The translations under genes were made by a program, and so were the position numbers. From Dehalococcoidia bacterium (GTDB taxonomy: Bacteria; Chloroflexota; Dehalococcoidia; UBA2979): a stretch of 64,000 bases of DNA. Shown piece after piece: positions 54,894 through 63,797 of the stretch (position 1 is the stretch's first letter; each line of letters begins with the position of its first letter). The stretch covers positions 9,130 through 73,129 of the forward strand of contig JACKCJ010000011.1 of assembly GCA_020634075.1 (NCBI GenBank), read 5' to 3'. The notes under the pieces were generated by a model, which made no database searches, was not told where the DNA came from, and saw nothing but the letters and a program-made list of their open reading frames with translations.

Positions 54894-55018
54894 TCGCAAA
54901 GGAAAGGCGAAGGCCGCTCGCCGCGCTGCGGCGGCCTAGCTCGTCACTCGATGGCCGGGGCCGCGCATTGCGCGGCCCGGTCGCTCGAGGCAGGCGCTCG
55001 CGACCGGCGGGCGATGCG

Positions 55019-56252
55019 CTACGCGTAGCGCTTGAAGACGGCGGATGCGTTCTGCCCGCCCATGCCGAACGAGTTCGACATCGCCACGTCGATCTGGCCT
55101 CCACGGCGGTGTTCGGCGTGATGTCCAGGTCGCAGTCCGGGTCCGGCGTCTCGTAGTTGATCGTCGGCGGGACGAACGAGTGGTGCAGCGCCAGGATCGA
55201 CGCGACCGCCTCGATGCCGCCGGCACCGGCGATGAGGTGTCCCGTCATCGACTTGGTCGAAGAGACGTGGACCTTCCCCGCCGCCTCGCCCAGCGCCAGC
55301 TTGATCGCGTGGGTCTCGGTGCGGTCGTTGTACGGCGTGCTCGTGCCGTGGGCGTTCAGGTAGTCGATGTCCTCGGGTGAGACACCGGCGTCGTTCATCG
55401 CCCGACGCATGACCAGCGCCTGGCCGTTCGGGTCGGGAGCAGCGTCGTCGGTCGCGTCGAAGGACCAGCCGACGCCGGCCAGCTCGCAGTAGATCCGCGC
55501 GCCGCGCGCCTTCGCGTGCTCCTCGGTCTCCAGCATCAGCACGCCCGACCCTCGCCCATCACGAAGCCGTCGCGGTTCGCGTCGAACGGGCGCGAGGCGT
55601 GCTCAGGGTCCTCGTTGTTCTTCGACAGCGCACCGAGGCGTCCCATCGAGGAGAGCGAGGCGGCGTCACCATTGCGTCGGTGCCGCCGGCGAGATCGCCT
55701 TCGCCTGGCCGAGACGCAGGAGGTTGAGCGCGTGGCCGAGCGCGTCTGTGCCGGAGGCGCAGGCGGTGTTCACGGTGGTGTTCGGGCCGCGGACGCCGAT
55801 CCGCGGCCGAGGCGACCGGCGCCCATGTGCTGGCCCATGCGGGTCACGATGAACGGGTCGACGTTGCGGGAGCCGCGGTTGAGGTAGACCTCCCACTCCG
55901 GCCCCATGTTGAACGCATCGCCGGCGGTCGCCATCACCACGCCGATGTCGTCGCGGTTCTCGTCGGTCACCTCGAGGCCGGAGTCCTGCAGCGCCTGCAT
56001 GCCGGCCGCGAGCGCGAGCTGCGCGAAGCGGCCCGTGCGGCGCGCGACCTTGCGGTCGAGGTACTGCTCGATATCGAAGTCCTTCACCTCGCCGGCGATC
56101 TGCACGATGAGGTCGGTCGGATCGAACGCCGCGATGCGGTGGATGCCGTTGCGGCCCGTCCGCAGGCCTTCGAGGTACTCGGCGGTCGTGTTGCCGATGG
56201 GCGTGACGGCCCCGAGGCCGGTGACGACGACACGGTTGAGTTCTCGCGGCAT
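55019..56252 (-). pseudogene. fabF: 3-oxoacyl-ACP synthase II (KAS II) interrupted by five single-nt frameshifts
   Basis: GGAG SD plus MPRELNRVVVTGLGAVTPIGN. Motifs [22 protein letters not shown] and NSFGMGGQNASAVFKRYA lie in different frames. The frame breaks are near 55800, 55693, 55661, 55548 and 55095. Confidence 0.85.
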
Positions 56253-56528
56253 GGGACAACTCCGAGCAGGGACGAATCGCCTCTGACGACTCGCGAAGTG
56301 TTTCGTCGATCCTACCGGGTGAACGCCGCTCGATCCCGCCGGAGGCATTGACCGGCGCTCGGCGATCCTCGATCGTCTTCACTGCCCGGGCACCGTGTCC
56401 GGGCTGCGCTTCGGGAGAAGCCGGTGTCCACGCCTGTCATGGGAATGCACAGCAACTAGCGCTGTCGCTTCACCGTGTCCGCGTACCGGCGGCGACAGAT
56501 CACCTGTCGTTCATTCCTGGAGACTCCA

Positions 56529-57051
56529 TTGCTTCCAACGATCGAGACCGCGCGGCTTTCGCTGCGCCCGGTCAATGCTGCGCTGATCGACGCTCTCGTC
56601 CTCGGCGACCGTGCCGCGTTCGGCGCCCTCCTGGGCGGCGAACTTCCGCCCGGGGATCGCTTCCCGCCGCTGACGCAGGACTTCTTCGAGTACATGCGGT
56701 CGTGGTTCACCGACCACCCGGGCGAGGATGCCTGACCTGGTTCGGCGTTGACCGCGCTCGCGGGATCGCCGTCGTCAACGGCGGCTTCGGCTTCGGCCCG
56801 GACGCGGATGGCATCGTCACGCTGGGGTACTGACCTATCCGTCCGAGGAGGGCCACGGCTACGCCTCGGAGCTGGCGAGTGGCCTCGTGGAGTGGGCGCT
56901 GGCGGAGCGCGGCGCGCCGGCGGTGCTCGCCACCATCCCGCCCGCGCACCACGCATCGATCCGCGTCGCGGAGCGGGCGGGACTCGTCCCCGCCGGTACC
57001 GCCGTCGACGCCGAGGTCGGCGAGGTGCTGGTCTTCCGGCGCGACCGCTAG
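56529..57051 (+). pseudogene. RimJ/RimL-type GNAT acetyltransferase interrupted by two single-nt frameshifts
   Basis: Three frames are needed: IETARLSLRPV...DHPGEDA | TWFGVDRARGIAVVNGGFGFGPDADGIVTLGY | TYPSEEGHGYASELASGLVEWAL...VLVFRRDR. The breaks are near 56733 and 56831. An intact paralog lies at 62537..63136. Confidence 0.8.
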
Positions 57052-57170
57052 GCGGCGCCGGCGCTCGCGCGAATGGGCAGGACGCGGGCACGCGTCCTGC
57101 CCTCGCCTCGCCGTGCGAGAATCCCGCCACGATCGGCCGGCCCGACACCATCCGGCCGCGGGAGGGCGCC

Positions 57171-58372
57171 ATGTCGCAGCTACCCTCGAGGGCTACCGCA
57201 TCCTCGACCTGACGATCTGGCAGCAGGGCACCTATGCGACCGCGATGCTCGCGGACATGGGCGCGGACGTCATCAAGATCGAGTCGTACTCGAACCCCGA
57301 TCCGGGCCGCGGCCTGCGGATCCCGGACGGCCGGCAGGCGTACTTCCACTCCCTCAACCGCGGCAAGCGATCGATCCTCCTCGACCTCAAGAACGAGGCC
57401 GGGCAGGAGGCCTTCTGGCGGCTCGTGAAGACCGCCGACGTATTCCACAACAACATGCGCTACGGCGTGATGGAACGGCTCGGCGTGACGTTCGAGAAGC
57501 TGCAGGAGGTCAACCCCGGCTGCATCCTCTCCAACGCCAGCGGCTGGGGGCACCTCGGTCCCGACGCCTACGACGGCGCGATGGACACGCTCGCGCAGGC
57601 GCGCGGCGGCTTCATGTCCGTGACCGGCGAGGGCGAGGACGGGATGCCGCAGATGGCGGGCTTCCCGCAGGCGGACCACGTCGGCGCGCTCGTGAGCGGC
57701 TACTCCATCGTCCTCGCGCTGCTGCACCGCGAGCGCACGGGCGAGGCGCAGGAGGTGAACACCTCGCTCTACGGCTCGCAGATCAACATCCAGTCGTTCA
57801 ACATCACGGCCTCGATGTGGTCCGGCGAGCGCCGTACGCGGCTCCACCACAACGAGCGTCCGCCGACGTGGAACCACTACCAGGCCGGCGACGGGAAGTG
57901 GTTCATGATCGGCGCGCTGCCGCCCGACAAGTGGTGGGCGGAGTTCTGCGACGTGATGGGCCTGCCTGAGCTCTGCGAAGGCGAGTTCGCCACCCACGCT
58001 CTGCGGTCGAAGCGGAACCGCGAGGTCATCCGTCGCATGGACGAGGTGTTCCTCACCCGCACGCGCGACGAATGGGTCGCGGCGTTCCAGGCGCGGAACC
58101 TCCTCGTGCAGCCGATCATGGACTACGACGAGATCGCCGCCGACCCGCAGGCGTGGGCGAACGACTACCTCGTGAAGGTCCCGGACGAGACCGGCAAGGA
58201 GTGGCCGATGGTCGGCTCCCCGGTCAACCTGTCGAAGTCACCCGCGCAGATCCGCCGGCAGGCACCTGAGTTCGGGGAGCACACCGAGTCGGTGCTCCTC
58301 GAGGCGGGCTACTCCCGGACGAGATCGAGGGCTTCCGTGCGCAGGGCGCGTTCTGGAGCGCCGAAGGCGTAG
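57171..58372 (+). pseudogene. Family III CoA-transferase (CaiB/BaiF-like) with a frameshift right after the start and at least one near the 3' end
   Basis: GGGAGGG SD plus ATG MSQLP is one nt out of frame with LEGYRILDLTIWQQGTYATAMLADMGADVIKIE. The C-terminal DEIEGFRAQGA is out of frame after LLEAGYS (near 58316). The body is otherwise intact. Confidence 0.8.
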
Positions 58373-58524
58373 GGCCTGCGTCCCGCCATCGATTGCCGCC
58401 ACTCCCCGGCAAGGAGGGGGTTGGGGAGGGGTTTCACGCACTTCGATCCCCCTTCCCGCGACGGGAAGGGGGCCGGGGGGATGGGCCGCCGTCGAGGAAC
58501 CTCGAACGTCCCGCGAGGACGAGA

Positions 58525-58550
58525 ACGGCCCGCTCCTAAGAGCGGGCCGT
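58525..58550. terminator. Hairpin between convergent genes
   Basis: ACGGCCCGCTC-ctaa-GAGCGGGCCGT forms an 11-bp perfect stem, followed by CGTCGTTGTC. Confidence 0.55.
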
Positions 58551-58575
58551 CGTCGTTGTCCTCGGGAGCGTCGAG

Positions 58576-59457
58576 TTAGATCGCCGCGATGGACTGCAGG
58601 AACTCGCGGATGTTCAGCGCGAGCGAGGCCGGCTGGTCCGTCGGGACGTGGTGCCCGGCGTCCTCGATGAGCGAGACGCGCGAGCCGGCGATGCGGCGGT
58701 GCAGGCGCTGGATCGCCTCCGGCGTCAGCATGTCCGTGTCCTGGCCGCGGATGATCATCGTCGGGCACTGGACGCGGTCGGCGCTGTCCCAGAGGTCGGA
58801 CAGGCGGCGCTGGCCGGGGTCCGGCTCCGGGGGACGGATCTGCGGGTCGCGGAAGGCCTCGTCGAAGTCCCAGACCAGGCGGCCGTCCTCGTTCATCTTG
58901 AGGACCGAGTGCACGCGGCGCTCGAGCTGCTCGGTGGAGGCGTACGGCTGGTACGCCCGGAACGCCTCGACCGCGGCGTCGACGGAGTCGAAGCCGTCGC
59001 CGGTGAGGAGCAGGCGACGCACGCCCTCGATGCCGCTGCGCAGCACCTCCGGCGCCGCCTCGACGACGACCAGCGCCGTGACGACCTCGGGGTGCTCGGC
59101 GGCGTAGCAGATCGCCAGCGCGCCACCCATGGAGTGGCCGACGAGCGTCAGCGAGCGGAGCCCGACGGCGTCCACGAACGCCTCGAGGTCCTCGAGCTGC
59201 GTCGCGCGGGTGTAGTCCATGTCCTCGGCGCGGTCGGACTGGCCGTAGCCGCGCATGTCGAGCGCGATCACGCGGAACTCGCGCGCGAGGTCGGTCGCCA
59301 CGTCGGTCCACATCTCGGACGTCGAGGCGTAGCCGTGGAGCATCAGCAGGGCGTGGCGGCTGCGGGAGTCGCCCCACTCGCGGTAGTGCAGCTTGAGGTC
59401 GTTGACCTCGACGAACTCATCTCGCGGCTTGGAGGGATTGGCCATCGCTTCTCGCAT
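58576..59457 (-). CDS. Alpha/beta hydrolase
   Basis: LMLHGYASTS. Nucleophile elbow VGHSMGG. C-terminal DAGHHV. Confidence 0.88.
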   Translation of the reverse strand: MREAMANPSKPRDEFVEVNDLKLHYREWGDSRSRHALLMLHGYASTSEMWTDVATDLAREFRVIALDMRGYGQSDRAEDMDYTRATQLEDLEAFVDAVGLRSLTLVGHSMGGALAICYAAEHPEVVTALVVVEAAPEVLRSGIEGVRRLLLTGDGFDSVDAAVEAFRAYQPYASTEQLERRVHSVLKMNEDGRLVWDFDEAFRDPQIRPPEPDPGQRRLSDLWDSADRVQCPTMIIRGQDTDMLTPEAIQRLHRRIAGSRVSLIEDAGHHVPTDQPASLALNIREFLQSIAAI

Positions 59458-59535
59458 TCACGCTCACACCGAGCGGGCGAAGGGAGCGCCTTCGTCGCCG
59501 CGTGAGCCCGGGGACGGGTGAGGGATGAACGTAGC

Positions 59536-59563
59536 AACGAGCGTCCGTAGACGCTCGTTTTCT
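59536..59563 (+). terminator. Terminator-like hairpin with its U-tract on the plus strand
   Basis: AACGAGCGTC-cgta-GACGCTCGTT forms a 10-bp stem, followed by TTCT. Both flanking genes are on the minus strand. Confidence 0.45.
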
Positions 59564-59625
59564 ACGACATAACGCGAAGAATCTCGCTAAATCTTCGAAG
59601 CGGCGGTCCGCTAGAGCGCCGTCCG

Positions 59626-60570
59626 CTAGAGCGACGCAGCGATCGCGTTCGCGACGGGCAGGCCGTCACCGAGCTCGATGAAGTTCTTGCCGCGGTCGTG
59701 CGAGGCCCACAGCTTTGAGCCGGCCATGACGAAGACCACGTCTTCCCAGTCCCAGGGCCGGGCGACGCAGGGGATCTTCGGCCATTCGTCGTCGCCCTCG
59801 AGCTCGATGCGGTTCCAGGACACGCCGCCGTTGGGGGAGCGGAAGACGGTGCCCGTCTCGCCGGGCGCCGTGCGGGCCATCGCCACGACGAGGGCGTCCG
59901 GCGCCCCCGGCATGATCGCGAGCGAGCCGCCCCACGAGCGGTCGAGGCCGCCCATCGACTGCAGCCAGGAGAAGCCCTCGTCCTCCGAGCGGAAGACGCC
60001 GGCGTCGGTGGTCGCGTAGAGGCGGTCGGCGTGCTCCGGGTGCACCCAGATGCCGTGGATCTTCGGGTTGAGGCCCTCGCCTCGGCGCGTCCACGACTTG
60101 CCGTTGTCGCGCGTGTGCCAGGCGCTCCCGCCGCCGAGGCCGACGAGCACGCCCTCCTCGACCTGCGCCACGCCCTGCACGACCACGCGTGCCTCGCCCG
60201 CGTTCGGGACGAACTGCGTGCCGTGCTTGATGACGTTCATCACCCCCTCGATCTCCTCCCAGGTCTCACCCAGGTCGGTCGATCGATAGAGCTGGCCGGC
60301 CGCGGCGCCGACGTACAGGTCGCCCGAGGCGAGCACCGAGACGGACCTGGCGTTGCCCGCCCACCTGTGCTCCCAGCGCTTGCCGTTGTGGACCCACGCG
60401 CCGCCCTCGGGCGATCCGGCGATGGCGACGCCGTCGCGATAGTCGACCGAGGTGAACTCGTGGCCCTCGACGGCCTTGTCGGGGTCGCCACCGGGGACGA
60501 CGGTGGTGATGCCGCCATCGTGGGCGATGATGATGCCGAGCGGCTCGTAGGTGCGGCGACGGATGACCAT
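59626..60570 (-). CDS. BNR/Asp-box repeat beta-propeller protein
   Basis: Asp-boxes STDLGETW, TRDNGKSW, SEDEGFSW, SPNGGVSW and SHDRGKNF. Confidence 0.8.
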   Translation of the reverse strand: MVIRRRTYEPLGIIIAHDGGITTVVPGGDPDKAVEGHEFTSVDYRDGVAIAGSPEGGAWVHNGKRWEHRWAGNARSVSVLASGDLYVGAAAGQLYRSTDLGETWEEIEGVMNVIKHGTQFVPNAGEARVVVQGVAQVEEGVLVGLGGGSAWHTRDNGKSWTRRGEGLNPKIHGIWVHPEHADRLYATTDAGVFRSEDEGFSWLQSMGGLDRSWGGSLAIMPGAPDALVVAMARTAPGETGTVFRSPNGGVSWNRIELEGDDEWPKIPCVARPWDWEDVVFVMAGSKLWASHDRGKNFIELGDGLPVANAIAASL

Positions 60571-60573
60571 GGG

Positions 60574-61404
60574 CTAGGCGTCTTCCCCTCGTGCCGCCCG
60601 GACCGCCTCGACGATCGCGGGAAGCGCGACGCCGGACGGAGCGCGGACGACCACCGCCGCCAGTGGCGTGAGCGGCGTCTCTTCCGGATTGACCTCGATC
60701 AGCGGCACCCCTCGACGCGCTGCCTCGATGGGGTACTGCGCGGCGGGGTAGACCACCGCCGACGTGCCGATCGTCATGAAGCAGTCCGCCAGGGCGGTCT
60801 CCTCGCCGCAGCGCCGGAGGGCGCTCGGCGGGATGGGCTCCCCGAACATGACCGTGTCGCTCTTCACGATGCCGCCACAACCGGGTGACGTGCAACGCGG
60901 GGGCAGGTCGGCCTCGTCGAAGATGAACTCCGCCTTCGGCCAGCGTGCCTCGCAGCGGACGCAGCGCATCCAGTAGCGGTTGCCGTGGATCTCGGTGATC
61001 GAACGCTGTCCGGCGCGCCGGTGCAGGTCGTCGATGTTCTGCGTGATCAGGTGCGCGAGGATCCCCATGCGCTCCAGCTCGACGAGGCCGACGTGCCCCG
61101 CGTTCGGCTGGGCCGCCTCGATCGCGAGGGCGAAGTCGCCGGGCGAGTTGGCTTCCTCGATGCGGCGCTCCCACCAGCGCTTCGGGTCCATCGCGAAGGT
61201 GTCGTACTGGTTCAGCGGTGGCTCGCCGTTGATCGTCCAGAGGCCGCCGTCGCCGCGGAAGGTCGGGATACCCGACTCCTTCGACATCCCCGCACCCGCG
61301 AGCACGACCGTGCGCTCGGCGCCCGCGAGGATCGCGGCGGCCTCCGCGACGGATTCGCGGAACGCGCTGTTGTTGGCCGGGTTCGGTGAGTCGGGTGAGG
61401 TCAC
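60574..61404 (-). CDS. cobB: NAD-dependent protein deacylase (Sir2 family, CobB-type)
   Basis: GAGMSKESGIPTFRG, QNIDDLH, zinc ribbon CVRCE...CTSPGCGG, and GTSAVVYPAA. GTG start. Confidence 0.88.
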   Translation of the reverse strand: MTSPDSPNPANNSAFRESVAEAAAILAGAERTVVLAGAGMSKESGIPTFRGDGGLWTINGEPPLNQYDTFAMDPKRWWERRIEEANSPGDFALAIEAAQPNAGHVGLVELERMGILAHLITQNIDDLHRRAGQRSITEIHGNRYWMRCVRCEARWPKAEFIFDEADLPPRCTSPGCGGIVKSDTVMFGEPIPPSALRRCGEETALADCFMTIGTSAVVYPAAQYPIEAARRGVPLIEVNPEETPLTPLAAVVVRAPSGVALPAIVEAVRAARGEDA

Positions 61405-61549
61405 GGGCGGATGGTATCCGCCGGATCGCGGGGAGGGGAGGGCCGAAGGACGCCTCGACGCAGGCCGGAGGCGACTTCCCGGGCTCCCTTAACACTTCGC
61501 TCAACGATCCTCGTTCCCCACACCGCCGGCGCTGCCTACGCTCGAATCG

Positions 61550-62104
61550 ATGAACGGACGCACCCTCGCCCGATACAGCACCGTTGCCGCGATCGTCCTC
61601 GTGGTCGGTGGGCTGTTCGTGTACCAGCAGGTCGGCTCCTCTGCCGACACCGACGACGACGCACCCCTCGGCGTGGTCGCCGGTGCAGCGCCCCCGGCGC
61701 TGGGCGAGCCGGCGCCGGACTTCGTCCTGGTGGAGTCCGGCAGCGGGAAGCGCGTCTCGCTCTCGGACTTCCGCGGTCAGCCCGTCGTCCTGAACTTCTG
61801 GGCCACCTGGTGCGTGCCGTGCCGCACGGAGATGCCCGACCTGCAGGCCGCCTACGACTCCGAGGATGTCGTCGTCCTCGCCGTGAACTGGCAGGAGACC
61901 GAGTCGGTCGTCCAGGGGTTCCTCGACGAGTTCGGCATCACCTTCCCGACCGCGCTCGACAGCGAGGGGCGGGTGCGCGAGTTCTACGGCGTGGTGGGTC
62001 TCCCCGCGACGTTCTTCATCGACCCGGACGGCATCCTCCGCGCCCGCAACTTCGGGCCGGTCTACGGCAACCTCCTCCAGGACGGCATCGAGGCGGCGCG
62101 CTAG
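61550..62104 (+). CDS. TlpA/ResA-like membrane-anchored thiol-disulfide oxidoreductase
   Basis: N-terminal TM helix. VLNFWATWCVPCRTEMP. GLPATFFIDPDG. Confidence 0.88.
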   Translation: MNGRTLARYSTVAAIVLVVGGLFVYQQVGSSADTDDDAPLGVVAGAAPPALGEPAPDFVLVESGSGKRVSLSDFRGQPVVLNFWATWCVPCRTEMPDLQAAYDSEDVVVLAVNWQETESVVQGFLDEFGITFPTALDSEGRVREFYGVVGLPATFFIDPDGILRARNFGPVYGNLLQDGIEAAR

Positions 62105-62134
62105 CCCGCCGGGGCGCGCGCCTACACTCGCCCC

Positions 62135-62527
62135 ATGCAGGTCGACTACGCGTTCCTCTGTGACGCCGCCGCGGAGAGTGGCGGGAAGATCCACGCGCTG
62201 GGCATCGGCTTCGAGCGCATCACCATCCGCCAGCTCCCCGCCGTGCATCCTCGCGCCGTCGCGGTCGTGCGGTTCTCGTTCAACCGCGACGACCTTGGTG
62301 CGCGGCCCTTCCGCGTCCGTATCTCCGACGCCGACGGCCGCGACGTGACTCAGCCCGTCGAGGGCCAACTCGCGCTGCAGCTCCCGGAGGACGCGGACCG
62401 CGGTCGCGCGAACATGGTGGTGGACCTGCTGCAGCTCGACTTCCAGACCGCCGGGCCGCACGAGGTCGTCATCACCGTGGGCGGCCGCGAGCTGGCCACC
62501 CTTCCGTTCGAGGTATTCGTCGCCTAG
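62135..62527 (+). CDS. Hypothetical protein (130 aa)
   Basis: High GC3 and a beta-rich globular composition. No motif recognised with confidence. Confidence 0.55.
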   Translation: MQVDYAFLCDAAAESGGKIHALGIGFERITIRQLPAVHPRAVAVVRFSFNRDDLGARPFRVRISDADGRDVTQPVEGQLALQLPEDADRGRANMVVDLLQLDFQTAGPHEVVITVGGRELATLPFEVFVA

Positions 62528-62536
62528 GGTCGGGGC

Positions 62537-63136
62537 ATGTCCGATCCGGTGAGCGCCGGCTCGGAGGGCGTGTTCGACGAGATCGTCGAGGCCGAGACCC
62601 TCCAGACCGAGCGGCTCGATCTGCTGCCCCTCACCCTCGAGTTCTGCGAAGCGATCGTGGACGGTGACCGCCCTCGCGCCCGGCGCGAGCTGGGCCTCGA
62701 TCTGTCCGACTGGCCCGTTGGGTCCGAGGTCGACCGCGCCTTTCCGGGCTACGCCGCGCGCCTCCGCGAGGACCCCGCGATCGCCGCATGGCAGGGCCGC
62801 GCGATCGTGGTGCGGGACTCCGAGGAGATCGCCGGGAGCGCGAACTTCAAGGGCGCGCCCGACGACGACGGCGTGGTCGAGGTGGGCTATCAGCTCATCC
62901 CGCGCTTCCGGGGCAACGGCTACGCCCGGGAAGCCCTCGGCGCCCTCGTGGACCGCGCCTTCGCCGAGCCCGAGATCGAGGAAGTCGTCGCGGTGATCCA
63001 CCCCGACAACGCGCCCTCGATCGCCGTCGCCGAGTCCGTCGGCTTCGAGCACACCGGCGCCCCCTCCGAGGTGCACCCGACCTCGGAGGTCTGGTCGCTC
63101 ACACGCGAGACGTACGAGGCAGACGCGGCCGGCTAG
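62537..63136 (+). CDS. RimJ/RimL-type GNAT N-acetyltransferase
   Basis: LQTERLDLLPL, GVVEVGYQLIPRFRGNGYAREALGALVDRAF, HPDNAPSIAVAESVGF. Confidence 0.85.
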   Translation: MSDPVSAGSEGVFDEIVEAETLQTERLDLLPLTLEFCEAIVDGDRPRARRELGLDLSDWPVGSEVDRAFPGYAARLREDPAIAAWQGRAIVVRDSEEIAGSANFKGAPDDDGVVEVGYQLIPRFRGNGYAREALGALVDRAFAEPEIEEVVAVIHPDNAPSIAVAESVGFEHTGAPSEVHPTSEVWSLTRETYEADAAG

Positions 63137-63793
63137 CTACTCGAACACCCCGTAGCGCCCGAGGTACGTGCGCAGCTGCTCGGCGGGGTTGCCGAGCGGG
63201 TCGATGTGCTCGGCGCGCCAGCCTGCGGCGCGGGCGCCGGCGACGTTCTCCTCGAGGTCGTCGAAGAAGACGATGCCCTCGCGGGCGAAGCCGGTCGTGC
63301 GCTCGAAGACCTCGAAGATCTCGCGGTCGGGCTTCACGGCGCCGAGCAGGTGGCTGGCGTGCTGGTGCTGGACGCGGCGGAGCGCCTCGCTGATCGCGAG
63401 CGCCTGCTCCCAGTGGACCGGGTTCGTGTTCGAAAGCGTGGCCGTGACGCGGCCGGCGGCGTGGATGTCGTCGATGAGATCGGCGACGCCGGGGTAGTCC
63501 TCGTAGAGCCACGCCTCGAGGACGGCGCGGGCGTGCTCCGCGCGGAGGCGACCGGCGGTCAGCGTCTCCATCGTGGCGTACCACTCTTCGGGGGTGAGAC
63601 GCCCGGCCATGTGCGCCATCACGGAGTCCCGGGAGCTCTCGAGGAACTCCACCGTGTCGAAGTGGTCGTCCCACGGCACGGCCGTGCGCTCATGCGCCTC
63701 GCGCCACGTGCGGACGTGCGACAGCAGCACACCGCCGAGGTCGAAGACCACGTGAGTGACAGGGTGAGGGGCCGGCTGTCCGTGCTGCGTCAT
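63137..63793 (-). CDS. HAD superfamily hydrolase
   Basis: HVVFDLGGVL (motif I), LSNT (motif II), KPD, FFDDLEENV (motif IV). Confidence 0.82.
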   Translation of the reverse strand: MTQHGQPAPHPVTHVVFDLGGVLLSHVRTWREAHERTAVPWDDHFDTVEFLESSRDSVMAHMAGRLTPEEWYATMETLTAGRLRAEHARAVLEAWLYEDYPGVADLIDDIHAAGRVTATLSNTNPVHWEQALAISEALRRVQHQHASHLLGAVKPDREIFEVFERTTGFAREGIVFFDDLEENVAGARAAGWRAEHIDPLGNPAEQLRTYLGRYGVFE

Positions 63794-63797
63794 TGCT

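Noticed and set aside
60574-61404. Sir2-family gene considered as a possible anti-phage SIR2 effector.
   Set aside because: It has the full housekeeping CobB-type pattern: GAGxSxxSGIPxFRG, QNIDxLH and a Cys4 zinc ribbon. It has no partner typical of defence systems such as HerA, TIR, SLOG or a helicase.
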